From Vicugna vicugna (taxonomy: Eukaryota), in assembly GCA_013265495.1 (NCBI GenBank), contig MU058836.1, positions 682,001 to 746,000 of the forward strand: a DNA stretch of 64,000 bases, read 5' to 3'. The notes beneath the pieces were generated by a model. It searched no databases and had not been told where the DNA came from. It worked only from the letters and a program-made list of their open reading frames with translations. How positions within the stretch are numbered: position 1 is the first letter of the stretch; every line of letters starts with the position of its first letter. The position numbers and the translations under genes were made by a program. Below are positions 49,149 to 62,134 of this stretch, piece by piece.

Positions 49149-49419
49149 GTATGAATTACATACAGAAATTAATATATCATTTTCTTGCCCGCTGTGATAT
49201 TTTAGTTGTAGGAATTGCCATCTTAATGAATTGTAGCATGTGCAGATTCTGTCAGAAACATTGTACAGATAAAAGCAGTGAATAAGCAGTCATTTGAATA
49301 TGTTATTAAAATTTAGTCCTCTAGTCACATTTGCTTTATGTATTTCTCTATCTAATGATAGAGAGTTTTGCTTATTTTATCTTTTTTAAGTATTATATAA
49401 CTGTCTCTGGTTTTTTTCT

Positions 49420-50660
49420 AATTGAAAATTTTTTATTGAATCACTTTCATATGTGACATTCTGTAAGTGTAAGGTGTTACTCTTTTAACATTTATAGATT
49501 GTGACATGATTGACAATGTAGCAGTATTTATCACATTACATTATTATTGGACAGTATTGTGGTGCAATATTATTCATTATATTGTGCATTGGATCTCTGT
49601 GGCTTATTTACTACCCATTACAAGTTTGTACCCTTAAACACCATCACTCTTGCCTCCCCGATGCCCCAAATCCTTGGTAACCACCAAGTTAAAATACTCT
49701 GTTTTTCACAAGTTTAACTTCTTTAAGGATTCCACATATAAGTGATATACAATATTTGACTTACCTCACTCAGCATAATGTTCTCAATGTCCATCTTTGT
49801 TGTTGAAGATGGGAGGATATCTTCTTTTTTGTGGCTGAAAAATACTGTATATATGGGTTACTTCTTTTTATTCATTCATCCATTGATGGGCACACGAGTT
49901 GTTTTCATATCTTGGCTATTATGAATATTGCTGCTGTAGACATGAAAGTGCATATGTCTTTCCAAAATCCTGTTTTCATTTCCTTTGGGTATATACCCCA
50001 AAGTGGAATTGCTGAATTGTATGGTAGATCCATTTTTAGTTTTTTGAGGATCCTCTATATTCTCCATAGTGGTTGGACCACTTTACATCCCCACCAACAG
50101 TGCATAAGGAATCTTTTTTCACCACAACCTCACCAGCCCCCTTTGTCTTCTTGATGATGGCCATTCTAATAGGTGTGAGGTAATATCTCATTGTTGTTTT
50201 GGTTTGTATTTCCCTGATGATCAGTGATGATGATTATCTTTTCAGGTTGTTTGGTTTTTTTATTACTGAGTTGACTGAGTTCATTATATATTTTGGAGAT
50301 ATTAACCTCATATCTGATAGATGATTTGCAAACATTTCCCATTCTGTAGTTTTTTTTTTTCATTTTAATTGTTTCTTTTGCTTTTGAGTTCGATGTAGTC
50401 CCATTTGTTGATTTTTTTGTGTGTGCTTTTTGCATCATGCCCCCCAAATTATTGCCAAGACCAGTATTGATGATCTCTTCCCTATGTTTGCTTCCAGGAG
50501 ATTTATGGTATCAGACCTTGTATTTGTCTTTGATCTATTTCAAGTTAATTTTTGTGAGTGGTGCAAAATAGAGGTCCACTTTCATTGTCTGTGTTTGTTC
50601 CTCCAGTTTTCCCAGCACTATTTGTTGAAGAGACTGTTCCTTCTCTGGCTTTTGTATTTT
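49420..50660 (-). mobile_element. L1 (3' UTR plus ORF2 end, internally deleted) in intron 2
   Basis: ttcattcatccattgatgggcac; tcctttgggtatataccc; cccagcactatttgttgaagagactg. Confidence 0.88.
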
Positions 50661-51971
50661 TAATCAATCTGAGCATCTTTTTTAATCTATTGAAGTGAAA
50701 CCATTTGTACTGATTATGTTTATTAATGTACTTGGAATCATTTCTGTAAGATTAAAATTTCAGTTTATCTGGTTTTTTAAATAAAATACCAAAATTGACT
50801 GAAGAATATAGAAAGCCTTATATGTCAAAAGACACAATAAATAAGTAACAAGAAAAGATTACTATTCAGATCATATAAAGAGCTCTTACGAATCAATGAG
50901 AGGATGATCCAATTAAAAAGCAACAAAGGATATAAATAAGAAGTTGCAAATTTAACTAGCCTCAGTAGTAACCAGGGAAATGTATGTTAAAAATAGACTT
51001 GATATGCTAATTTTGTGCAGGAAATTCTTTTTTTTTTTTTTTTTTTTTGGTCCTTCAAAAGAAATGCTGAACACTGTCATTGTAGATGTCAGTAAGGTGG
51101 ACCTTGAATTGCCCTTGGATTCTTGTCTCTTCCTAGGTAGAGATTTTGTAGTATTTTCTTAACTAAGGTGGTTTAGAGGAAACACTAGCCCTGTGATCAG
51201 GAATCAGAAGCCTGAAGAGGTACAGGGAGTTAGTGACAGACATAAAAGTAGAATTGCTGGTTCCTAGTCTTGGCCTGTTTTCTCATTCCTGTACAAGGTA
51301 GAGACCTTTCTGTCTTAATGCTTGCAGCTTTTGATTTAGTAATTTTTTTTGATGAAAAGCTAAATTAAAGGAAAAGGAAACCTGAAGGAATCCTGGCCTC
51401 ACATTTGACCTTCTGCAAGACCAGACTCTTAAACACTTCTTGTGCCTTACTCAGTTCTATTATCATCTTGTCGTTTCTGTGTATGAAGCCGTTATGAGAG
51501 TACCTTTTATAGCAGTGGAGTATTTCTGTTTTGCAGATATCCAGTATTTGTGGGAGTAGGAAGTTTGTTCTTTTCTCCTTCCATCAAGAAGGATTATAGG
51601 TTATCCCCTGGGGATCCTTGAGCCATCTCAGTATTGGATTTTATTTGTCTTCATGATCTCCCCTTTCTCAGGACCTTAATGTTTCCTTACCCAGCAAGTC
51701 TTTTTACTATAATTAATAATTTTTAAGAATTGCTTGGGATTGGGTTATCTACATACAGTGTATGTGTTTGATATCTTAGTCAAATGCTTAGGCTTCTTCA
51801 CTAATCATGTATCCATTTATGTTTATCTTTGTTTTGGCTAATTGGTTAATGTTTTCTTTGGGAAAAGTTTTGATTGATAGGATTGATGTTGGTGATTGTT
51901 TTAACCTCAGTTACAGATAAGGCAAAGGTCACTCTGCCTGCAATAATATGTTTTTTTCCTTAATGTACTAG

Positions 51972-52051
51972 GGAAAATCCTCAATGATGATACTGCTCTA
52001 AAAGAATATAAAATCGATGAGAAAAACTTTGTGGTGGTTATGGTGACAAAA
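51972..52051 (+). CDS. RAD23B: RAD23B coding exon 3 ([27 protein letters not shown]), end of the UbL domain
   Basis: Acceptor tactag|GG; 80 nt; donor AAA|GTAAGT. Frame is consistent with exon 2 (phase 1 to phase 0). Confidence 0.98.
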
Positions 52052-53059
52052 GTAAGTTTCAGCCTCATTCTGTCTGTCTTTATGCATGTGAGTTTTAAAA
52101 AAAATCTCAAGTCTTCCCTTTACACTTTTAAGTGAAAATAGTTTATACACATCCATATTGGATGCACTTAATTGTTATTAAAGGTTTTAACAGTTTACTT
52201 TGGGTCAACCATAAAGTTAATAATTTAATATATTTGTAGTTTGAGCATACTTTTAAATACATCAAAGCAATGAATATGTGAAATGTCATGTTAAAAAGTT
52301 ACTAGGTTTTGAAGAGCACCTTAAAGGGACTTGATGTGCTCTACTTGACAAATGCCTCAAGGCAGAAGAGGCATATAGACTAATAATTTTGGTGATATTT
52401 CTTAGTTAATGGGGTAGATTTTTAGACTAAAAAAGGAAAAGGCAGCTAAGGGGGAATGATGGAGTAATTATTGTGAGAAAGTTTTAAACAGGAACTTTTT
52501 TGTGACTATTGGACTGAAATATATTTGGTACATTTTATAAAAGTCAAAGTTTTTCTCTAAAGCAAATAATAGATTCTTTCAGGATTTCATTTTATTTGTA
52601 TACTTGTTTAAAGATACATAAACATCCAGTGGAGAGTGATGACAAATAAAGGAGTGGTAGTACTCATGACATTAATTTTTAGGACTGAATTATAATCCTA
52701 AATTCTAAAATCCTAATAATCTGAGAACAGTGTTACTTTTAGGACTGAAAATAACTTTAACTAGGTAATTGGAACCAGTTTATCAAAGACTGAAAGTAGA
52801 ATAAATGTGGATTTTTTTTGAAGTCTCAAAATAATTGAGATAAGCAATAGAAAATAGAGTTGAACAAATAAGCTTTAATTACTTCATATTTTGTAGTGAG
52901 GGAAAAAATCAGCCAGTTTGCATATGTTGGATTTAAAAACTTTTAATCCATTAAGAACCATATTGATTTTACTGTATTTAAGCACATATTTGATAAATGT
53001 TAAACTTTAAATATAGAAGAACAGAATCATATGAGGAAACTTTGTCTCTAGTTTTTTCA

Positions 53060-53440
53060 AAATAGTGATAAGATACATAACACAAAATATACCAGTTTAA
53101 CAGTTTTTAGTGTACAGTTCAGTGGCATTAAGTACATTCACATTGTTAATGTAATCACCACCGTTTATCGCCAGAAATTTTTTCATTTTCCCAAATGGAA
53201 ACTATCCCAGTTAAAATAGTAACTACCCATTTCTCCCATCCCCCAGCCCCTGACACCACCATTCTACTTTCTGTGTATGATTTTGACTACTCTTGTGTTC
53301 CTCATGTAAGTGGAATCTTAAAGTATTTGTCCTTTTATGACTTGCTATTTTCCCTTAGCATAATGTCTTCAAGGTTCTTCCACATTGTAGCATGTGCCAG
53401 AATTTCTGTCCTTTTTAGGGCTGAATAATATTTCTTTGTC
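53060..53440 (-). mobile_element. L1MB-type 3' end in intron 3
   Basis: gtgtacagttcagtggcattaagtacattcacattgtt...cttagcataatgtcttcaaggttc. Confidence 0.85.
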
Positions 53441-54909
53441 TAGAACATAGTGGAAAATTTAGCTATACATCTGGGTATGTATTTGTTATGGTCTTATTTC
53501 CTTTAGTATTATAGTAACCTTGACTATTAAGAACATAACTAAAAGGTAAGCAGGATAGGTCTCAGAATAGGTGTATGCATTTGAGAGCCAGCCATTAGAA
53601 GGGGAAGACTGCTACAATTAAACATGATAGAAGCAATGAGAAATTACCTTATTACAAAGAAGAGCTAGGAAAAATTAGTATCAGAAGTAAGCAGAGGAAC
53701 TTTGAAAAGCAGATGGGTTTGGTACTATTTAAAATGAGGCTTAAATAGCTCTTTGTGGCAACAGAGACCTTGAGGACATGGTATATTACAATATTATATT
53801 GATCACAGATAATCTTAAGAGAAATATTAAAATGGGCATCGTGCATTTAAATTACATTTTTATCTAGTTGGAATTATAGAACATTAGTAATTTGCAGAGT
53901 ATTATATTGACAGTTAAAATTACAGAGCCAAATGTTAGACTCTTATATAAGCCAAGGAGGGAGTGAATGCTACGCATATTTTTAGAGTTCCATCCCCCTA
54001 CCTTGCACTAGGCACTTTGTTCCAATACACTCTGTACTAGCTCAAATTGAGCAAGACACAAATCCACTCATTACATTTACAGTTTGTTAATTTATACTTG
54101 GGGCAAATTATGTGGAATTTTAACCCCATCTTCCATCAAAACATTTACATTTTCTCCTTAGGAAAAGTATAAGTTAAACAGGTAGTGAACATTGATAGGC
54201 TTTAGGAGAATAAAACTCATATAGTATGATTTTTACACATATGTAATTGCTTTTTGCTTGGTAATGTTTATGGCTCTGCTTTAGTTCAGAAAGTGCAGAG
54301 CATGTGGTTATAACTTTATTTGGCCTTTGTTTAACTACATACACATCTCAAAAGTTATGTTAACCTCTTTGTACTTACAACTCTTGGTTTATAGTCAGTA
54401 TTGGGATTTTCCTCCCTCTTCTGAAACACAGCAGAATATTTGGCGTGTTCATTAACCGTACTTCCATTTATACTTCCATTTCAAGAAAGTTATTTTGGTA
54501 ATGCTTTCAAGTGACAATAAATACTTCAAAATTATAACCAAGAAACTTGGTTTGAAGTTATAACCAAGGAATTGTAAAGTTTGGGGAAAATTATGTGATT
54601 TTTTTTTTGGATACATATCCTGTATATTTTACAATATTGGCTTTTGATTCTTTTTCATATTAGCTTGATTGAAACCATTGGCTCAGGCTAATTAAGGTTA
54701 ATGGTTAAGGTTTTATATATGCGCTCTCATCAGCTTTGAAAGAGTAACACAGTGACTCATTGCTAATATTCATCATCTATTTTTGTCACCTTACAAAATT
54801 ATTCTCAAGTTACAAGATTGTATTAGTGTTATTTTTGTTTGTAGCATCCAGAGATCAAGTAATAAAACATTTTATGAAAATGCGTTATTTTGTTTTGTGA
54901 TGTGTTTAG

Positions 54910-55178
54910 CCCAAAGCAGTAACAACACCAGCAGCAGCTACGACTCAGCAGTCGAATTCTGCCACCACTACCACAGTTAGCTCCTCCACAGCACCAGCTG
55001 GGGCTCAGGCGCCAACCCCTGCCCCTGCTTTGGCTCCTCCTCCCACACCTGCATCCATCACTCCAGCAACAACGACGACATCCTCTGAACCTGCACCTGC
55101 TAGTGCAACGAAACAAGAGAAACCTGCAGAAAAGCCAGCAGAAACACCAGTGGCTACTAGTCCAACATCAACTGATAG
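54910..55178 (+). CDS. RAD23B: RAD23B coding exon 4, S/T/P/A-rich linker (PKAVTTPAAATTQQSNS...EKPAEKPAETPVATSPTSTD-S)
   Basis: Acceptor gtgtttag|CCC; 269 nt with no stop; donor ATAG|GTAAGA. The KQEKPAEKPAETPVATSPT motif is typical of RAD23B. Confidence 0.97.
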
Positions 55179-56319
55179 GTAAGAACTGGATTCTAGGAAA
55201 TTGTATCTCAGAATATATTCATAACAAGAACTTCATGTGTGTATTTATTTTGCTTATTGCTTTGATCAAACTAACTTTCAATCTGCTGTGTTAAATTTTT
55301 TTCTATACTTTGAACCCTGACTGAAATAGTATGCTTATGTCTGTTTTAATTTCCATAACTGGATTTATATATTCTAAATTGTTTTTTATCCCCCAAGGTT
55401 AGGGGAGGGAAAAAAGGGTCAAAGTCATTATTCATTTTCTGTAGACAAGTTAGGAAATACAAATGACCAAAACGAATTATAAAATAACCTGACATTATAT
55501 TATAACTTGACGTATTATAAATGACTTGACATCTCCCCCAGTCATTATTTATATGTGATCTGTATTCTTTCTGATTATTGTCACATATATCATAAACATA
55601 CTTCCATGTCAGTAAATTTTCCCACTTGCTACATAATACTGTGTCTGGGTCTGACATTTGTTAGGGCTTAAACTTAGAAAAGTAATTAACATCTTTGGAT
55701 TTTTTTCCTCATCTGTCAAATGTGGATGACAGTAGGACCTATCTCATAGAGGTGAGCTTGTGAAGAAATTTGAGTTTTTGCCCGTTTAGATCTTTTAGAA
55801 CAAAAGAAAAAGTCCTGGGATATTTTGGGAGCAAGAAATAAATTCTTGTGGGAGGTTGGCAGCTGGGATTATTGAGTAGTTTGTGGCAAAGAATTTTTTT
55901 CCCCAGTGATTAATAAAATAGCCAGTGTCTCAGTTCTCTTGGCTGGAAATCGTACGAAGCAATTTCTCCTTTGTCTGAGAACACGCGTTGTATTATGTCC
56001 AGTGTGCACTGGCCCTGGATCTCTCCTTGTATTTTGTGACTTCGGTGCAACTCAGGGCCTCAGTGGCAGTAGAGTCCTTGAATCAGAACCAGACACAATG
56101 GAAAACTGTGTAGCAGTTGGAAACATGGAAGGCTGTCTGTGATAAATACAATGATCGTAAGAAATTTAGTCGTGATCCTTCGTTTTAATATTCTGCCTTT
56201 GAGTGTGGTTTCTGTGTCCAACCCAGGCAGCCAGGTTGGGTGGGGTCTGAGTCACTGGTTCATTGCTCGCTTGGGCATGTTTTTTTGGTTTGTTTTACGT
56301 ATAGATCTCTACTGTTTTT

Positions 56320-56480
56320 CAGAATCTTTTCCATTATAGATTATTACAAGATATTTGGTACAGTTCCCTGTGCTGTACAATAGGTCCTTGTTGTTTATCT
56401 GTTTTGTGTATAGTAGTGTGTGTGTATGTTAATCCCAAACTCAAAATTTATCCTCCACCTTCTTTCCCTTTGGTAATCGG
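56320..56480 (-). mobile_element. Short L1 3' fragment
   Basis: ttccattatagattattacaagat...ccctgtgctgtacaataggtccttgttg, same family as 9463-9739. Confidence 0.75.
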
Positions 56481-57646
56481 GTCTGTTTTAAAGGAATTGA
56501 TTCCCTAAAAGGAGAGTACAGATTCAGGTAGTAAAATATTTTCCCAAATCTGCTGCACTTTGCTTTAGGCATTCTGAAACCCCGTAACCTCTCCCATGTA
56601 CAGCTAGATTGCTTTCAGCACTTACCTAGTGGGAGACTACCCAGAGTCAGGCTATTGCATCAAAAGGCTATTACATCTGTTCTGTATATGGTAGGGAACA
56701 TACGTGTTTAACAGATTGGTTTTCCAAATCATTCAAACATTGTAAATTTAATTAAATATGTTTTTGAATCAATACAGTATCATTTTCTTAATTGCTTTAA
56801 GCTCCTTTTAAAAGGCTCATGGTGTGAGAATTTCCGGATTGATCAATACATTTTAATGTGCTAATATCATCAATTCATATTTCTTTATTGTCTCTATTCT
56901 TTTTATTTCTTCCTGGAAATACAGTTTTATTTCCCTATTCTCAAGAGTCAGGATCACCTTTTCAGACCTAAAGATGTTGCATAAAGGAGTTGATGGTCAG
57001 AAAAGTAGGCTCCAGAGTTGCTTACTTACTTGGGCTTTGTACACCAACCATTTACTCTTATTTCCCAAAATTATACACCTCAGAGAAGGGAGAGCACAGA
57101 AGGGGAAAGATGAGAGGAGCTCAGAAAGCCAGCTGTTCAAGTACCTTAGTCCCGACATTTGTGCCGTAAAACATTTAGTGTCCTGCAAAGCCCAGGACTC
57201 GGTGAGATAATTATCAAGAGGTATGCTGTTACAGATCTGAGGGGTGTCAGAAAGTTTGTCTGCCAGCACTGGCCTGACATTTCATTGCTAGGGATTTGTT
57301 TCTTTAGGTCAGTTTTGTTCTTTAGAAACCACCTGTTAAAACAATGAAAATTCCACTTGTTGATATCTGCCATAGAGAAATTGCACTTGTGCACAAGGAC
57401 TGTATTTGTAATTAAGGACAAATTGGAACCAACCCAAATATCCAATAGTAAGGGAATGACTTGACTTGTGGTTTGTTTGTGTTAGAGATCTGTGCTATTC
57501 ATAGCATGGTAGTCAGTAGGCAGCATCAGTGTCATTGGGAGTTTTTGAAATTAGTTCTTAGGTTCCACCCCAGACCTCTAAATCAGAATTATCTGGGGGT
57601 GGGTCCCAGAAGTCTATAGTTTAACAAGCTCTCTTGGTGAAGCTCT

Positions 57647-58040
57647 TTTTTTTTTTAATAAACATCTTTTTATTGAGTTATAGTCATTTTACAATGTTGT
57701 GTCAAATTCCAGTGTAGAGCACAATTTTTCAGTTGTACATGAACATACATATATTCATTGTCATCTTTTTCTCACTGTGAGCTACCACAAGATCTTGTAT
57801 ATATTTCCCTGTGCTATACAACATAATCTTGTTTATCTATTCTACATATGCCTGTCAGTATCTACAAATTTTTGAGCTCGCAATCTATCCCTTCCCACCC
57901 CCTTCCCCCTTGGCAACCACAAGTTTGTGTCCTTTGCCTATGAGTCTGTTTCTGTTTTGTATTTATGGTTTTTGTTTTGTTTTGTTTTGTTTAGATTTCC
58001 ACGTATGAGCGATCTCATATATTTTTCTTTCTCTTTCTGG
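57647..58040 (-). mobile_element. Young 5'-truncated L1 inside a MER5A-like element
   Basis: PolyT tail; perfect 13-bp target duplication ttggtgaagctct (57634-57646 and 58041-58053). Confidence 0.92.
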
Positions 58041-58439
58041 TTGGTGAAGCTCTGAAGCTTCCTAAAGATTGAGAAATTCTGATATCCAGTACTACTGGCC
58101 AGTTAAAGTATGCAGTGTATATGCATATTAAATGAATTTGGTTTCGAGGCTTTGTTATCAGGTGAAAAAAGCAGCAGATTGCTGAGCCATATAGACAATA
58201 ACTGTAAACCAAACAAAAGCTACCTAACATTGCATATTTTCTGTGGGCAAGCATATTAATGTGTAGAAAAACAGCAAAGGGACAGCACGCTAACTGATGA
58301 AGTAGTTTCTTCTGTGGATGGGAAGGGGATAACTGGTGAGACAGAATCCAGATTGAAGAATGGTGGTTAAACAGTATCTCAGTCTAATCTGTAATGTTTC
58401 AAAAGAAATTTTTAAGCAATGTGCAAAAATAGCGCAGAT

Positions 58440-58830
58440 TGTTCTATAAAAGAACTGTAATGAAGGGGACTGATTCTACCAGATAGTAAAATGAATTATA
58501 CATAGTAATGATTTCAGCAATTTAGAATGGCTCTTACCAGAAAGACTGCTTGGTAAAATAGTCTAGAAACAGACCAAAATATATACTAGGACTTAATATA
58601 AGATAAAGATGTAATTTCAGACCACTGTGGGAAAAGTGCTGTTGGGATAAATGTCTAGCCATCTGGAGGTAAAAATATGGATCACATATCTCACACTTAG
58701 GAAAATAAATTCTAGATGGATAAAGATTTAATGTAAAAGTGAAACCATAAACTAGAGGAGAGCATGGGGAAAATCATCTTGACCCAAAAAGCTATAAAAG
58801 GAAGGATTAATAAATTTGACGACAGAAAAT
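58440..58830 (+). mobile_element. Old L1 ORF2 fragment
   Basis: tagtctagaaacagacc; gtgctgttgggataaatg; aaataaattctagatggataaagatttaatgtaaaa. Confidence 0.65.
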
Positions 58831-60146
58831 TTCAAGGTTGGGAAACCAAACTAAACATTTCTTAATAATGGTTTGATTTGATCAATTAAATAGAATACTG
58901 TGCGTCTGTGGGAGAAATGGAGGCAGTTGTGGCTCTGCTGGCATGCAGTAATTGTTGAAACACACAAGAGCAAGACACAAGAAACTGATAGTGGTGGTTG
59001 TCTCTGGGTAGGGGCCTTGGGCAGGAAAACTTGTTTTCCTATATGTAAAATACAGAGCTGTAGTATATAGTTCTTTTTGAAATTTTGGCTTCTACACAGT
59101 AGTTTTACTATCTAGTTAATGAAGATACTTTAAAAATTATACCAAAGGATTGTTTTAATCAAAACGATCATGTTGAGTGTTACAGGGCCAGGCACTTTGT
59201 TAATAAGCACTTTACCTACCCACAGTACTCGGGGATACATGGGTACCATTGTTGATTTCACTGTATTGGTGAAGAATCTGTAGCTTGAAAAGTAATTTAT
59301 GCATTCAAACTTTGATATTTTTTTTATTTCATTGCTTTTGCCATGTTGTAGGGTTTTCTGAGAACGGAAATCTACTGCGTTTCTTTTGTAAAATTGGGAC
59401 AGAGGCATATGTGTTTTTTGTGTTATGTATGTTTTAATCTAAACTGCTAACTGCAATCTTTACACTTCTGTAAACTTTATTTTTCTTTGGCCTTCTCTTT
59501 ATGGTCTTTCATTATCTTGTTTGTGTTTTCCTTGTTTTTCCAAACTCATCTTCTGCAATTGCCCAACAGAAACTTAGTCCTTTTAAACTGATTTAAAACT
59601 TGGTTATAATTTGGGTTTATCCCACCTCTGCATTTTTTGTTTGTCATGTTCCTTGACCTGAATGCCTTCTTGTAGCTTCTCTGTTGAAAACTTACCTATG
59701 AGATCTAACTGAAATTCCACTATAAAGACCTCCAGGCCTTTCCAGTCGAATGCAGTTTCTACATGTGCTGTTTATTATGTATAGGACTGTGACTTAATTT
59801 TTAGATTATTTAAGTTTTCTTGTAAATTCTTTCAGGGAAATAGTTGACTACTATCTTGCTTGCATTCCTTAAATGTTAAACTATCTGTAAGGATGTTATT
59901 TTATGTCTTTCGACGTTTAAAATGATGGATTTGCAGGACAGAATGAATATTAAGATTGAAAATTCTTCCCAAGTGATTAATGTTATGGATAAAGCTTTGC
60001 AGTTTAATCTGGACACCTTTTTAAATACTGTAGCCAGACTTTTACTTTTAATTAAAGTCAAAGAATCTCTTTACAAATAGGACAGTTACTAAACTTTAAA
60101 TTTTACATACTTTCTGATACATGATTTTCTAAAAACCTTTTACCAG

Positions 60147-60202
60147 CACATCAGGAGATTCTTCTCGGTCAAACCTTTTTGAAGATGCAACAAGTGCACT
60201 TG
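60147..60202 (+). CDS. RAD23B: RAD23B coding exon 5 (S-TSGDSSRSNLFEDATSAL-V), just before UBA1; the gene continues beyond the window
   Basis: Acceptor ttttaccag|C; 56 nt; donor CTTG|GTAAGT. In frame with exon 4. Confidence 0.97.
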
Positions 60203-60665
60203 GTAAGTATCCACATTGTAAATAACCTTATGAGAGACAGGGAGAACGTTTAAGTTTCATTTTTCTAGATCATGAAAGTGTGTTCATTTATATTTGCTTA
60301 TAATCAAGCTGCTAAATGATTTAGATAATTCAATTAATGTTACTAAAGACTATAAATTAAAATTTTGTATATTGAATCCTTTAAATTGTACTATTAGAGT
60401 TAAGTTACTATTAGACTTTTTTCTTTAAAGCAGATAATTTTCTGTTTTCCAGATGTGGATTTCAAATGAGATATTAACAAAGTTTGATCTGTCTACAGGT
60501 TTATTACAGAATATCTTAAAAATGAGTATAAAATGTTCCTAAATCTGTCTCGCATTTCATCTTTCTCACCTGTGGCCTTTCAGTTTATAGCCCTATACGT
60601 TCCCATCTGCATCTTGTTGCTTATGTTGTGCTTGCATTGAAAATGCCTTTTTATCCTGACTTTTA

Positions 60666-60794
60666 TTTATTTATTTATTTGGGGGGAGATAATTAGGTTT
60701 ATTTGTTTATTTTTAATGGAGGTGGTGGGGATTGAACCCAGAACCTCATGCATGCTAAGCAGGTACTCTACCGTTGAGCTATATACCCTCCCCC
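60666..60794 (-). mobile_element. Camelid-type SINE in intron 5
   Basis: gggattgaacccagaacctcatgcatgctaagc...gagctatataccctcccc; perfect 13-bp target duplication atcctgactttta. Confidence 0.92.
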
Positions 60795-60939
60795 ATCCTG
60801 ACTTTTAATTTCACTTGTTGAAAATGTTTTTTCTACTCCTGTTCACACCTTATCTGTCAAGAATCAGATTTTTTTGTTTGGTTTTGGGTTTTTTGCCCGT
60901 TTTCCCCCTGTAACTTCCTGGTACAGTTCCTGCTGTCAC

Positions 60940-61610
60940 CATGCATTACTGGTCTGTTGGCGGGCATCCCTATTCCTGCCCTTCAGTGCCCTTCTGTACT
61001 GCTGGGAATGGTAGAGGGGCAGAAGACTGGGAGCAACTGGGAGTAGCATCTTCGGTGAAATACAGGCTCCTGGATTCCTTGTTCAGTTACTGCAGCAGCA
61101 GGGTTCCAACAGCAGTAGTGTCTCATAAGATAAGGACCTGGCCCTCTGACCTGATTGGGCTTGAATTCCATGATGCCCTCATTGCCATGGAAAATGGCAT
61201 GTTGGTTGTCCATAGCATGTAGTGGCAAAATAGTTGTTTGATCCATCTAAGATAACCTGGATCTACCAAACCCACATTCACATCTTTGAGGAGCTGTTGT
61301 CTGGGATTACTCTGCCACCAAATGAGCATGAGTTAGTGTCCAGTCAGGAAAACAGAAATCACTCTATTTCAAACAAGGAAAGGCTTGATCTTAGAAAATT
61401 GTACAGGGATAGATGCTGGAAGAGCTCAGGGAGATCAGCTAGAGATCAGTAAAGTGCTCAGTACTGTCAGAGCTGGGGCCAGCTGGCCCTTGCCCCTCGT
61501 GCTGCTGAACGCTCTGGCTGTCGCCTTTGCTGCTTCAGTTGGAAGGCATTGATGCTGCCAAGCCGGAGACCACAGCTCGAGTCGCTGCTGCTGCAGGCTG
61601 GTGGTGATGC
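60940..61610 (-). mobile_element. LTR78-like LTR (61323 onward) with adjoining primer-binding site and internal sequence
   Basis: tgagcatgagttagtgtccagtcaggaaaacagaaatcactc matches an LTR 3' end read antisense. The minus strand continues CA-tt-TGGTGGCAGAG. Confidence 0.55.
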
Positions 61611-61915
61611 CTTACCCTTTACATCTTGTATCTCTTAGAGCAGCCATTCTCAGCTTTATGCTCCTGGGATCCCTTTACTCTTTCATCTTTAAATTATCCA
61701 GCCTTTATGTTGGTACCCTGCTTCTTTAAATGTTCCTTCTTTGACTTCTGTGACAACACTCTTTTCTTGATCCATGCCTCTGACTATTCCTTCTCAAGCT
61801 TTCTAGTTAATTCTTTCTGTCTAAACTGGCCCTTCCATGTATGGGTTTTGTGTGGTTCTGCTCTAGACCATAGTTCAAAGTTCAGACTCTGGGAATGGCA
61901 AATACCACCCATATC

Positions 61916-62134
61916 CAGTTGACCCTCGAATAATTCAGGGGTTAGGGATGCCAACCCTGCACAGTCAAAAATCCCCATACAACTTTACAGTCTGCCCTCC
62001 ATATCCATGGTTCTGCATTTGCAGAATCAACCAACCATGGATCATGTAGTACTAGTAGCAGTTTATTGGGAAAAAAAGTCTACTTAATTAGTGGACTAAC
62101 ACAGTTCAAACCCATATTGCTCAAGGGTCAGCTA
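61916..62134. mobile_element. Tigger2-derived MITE, same family as 1161-1351 in the opposite orientation
   Basis: Inverted ends cagttgaccctcgaata ... tgctcaagggtcagcta, followed by TA. Confidence 0.85.

Noticed and set aside
49149..49285. ORF 49067-49285 read as a single-exon gene
   Set aside because: Only the first 82 nt are RAD23B exon 2; the rest is intron read-through past a clear GT donor.
54829..55116. Cys/Arg-rich 95-aa ORF on the minus strand
   Set aside because: It is the antisense shadow of the T/A/P-rich exon 4 codons.
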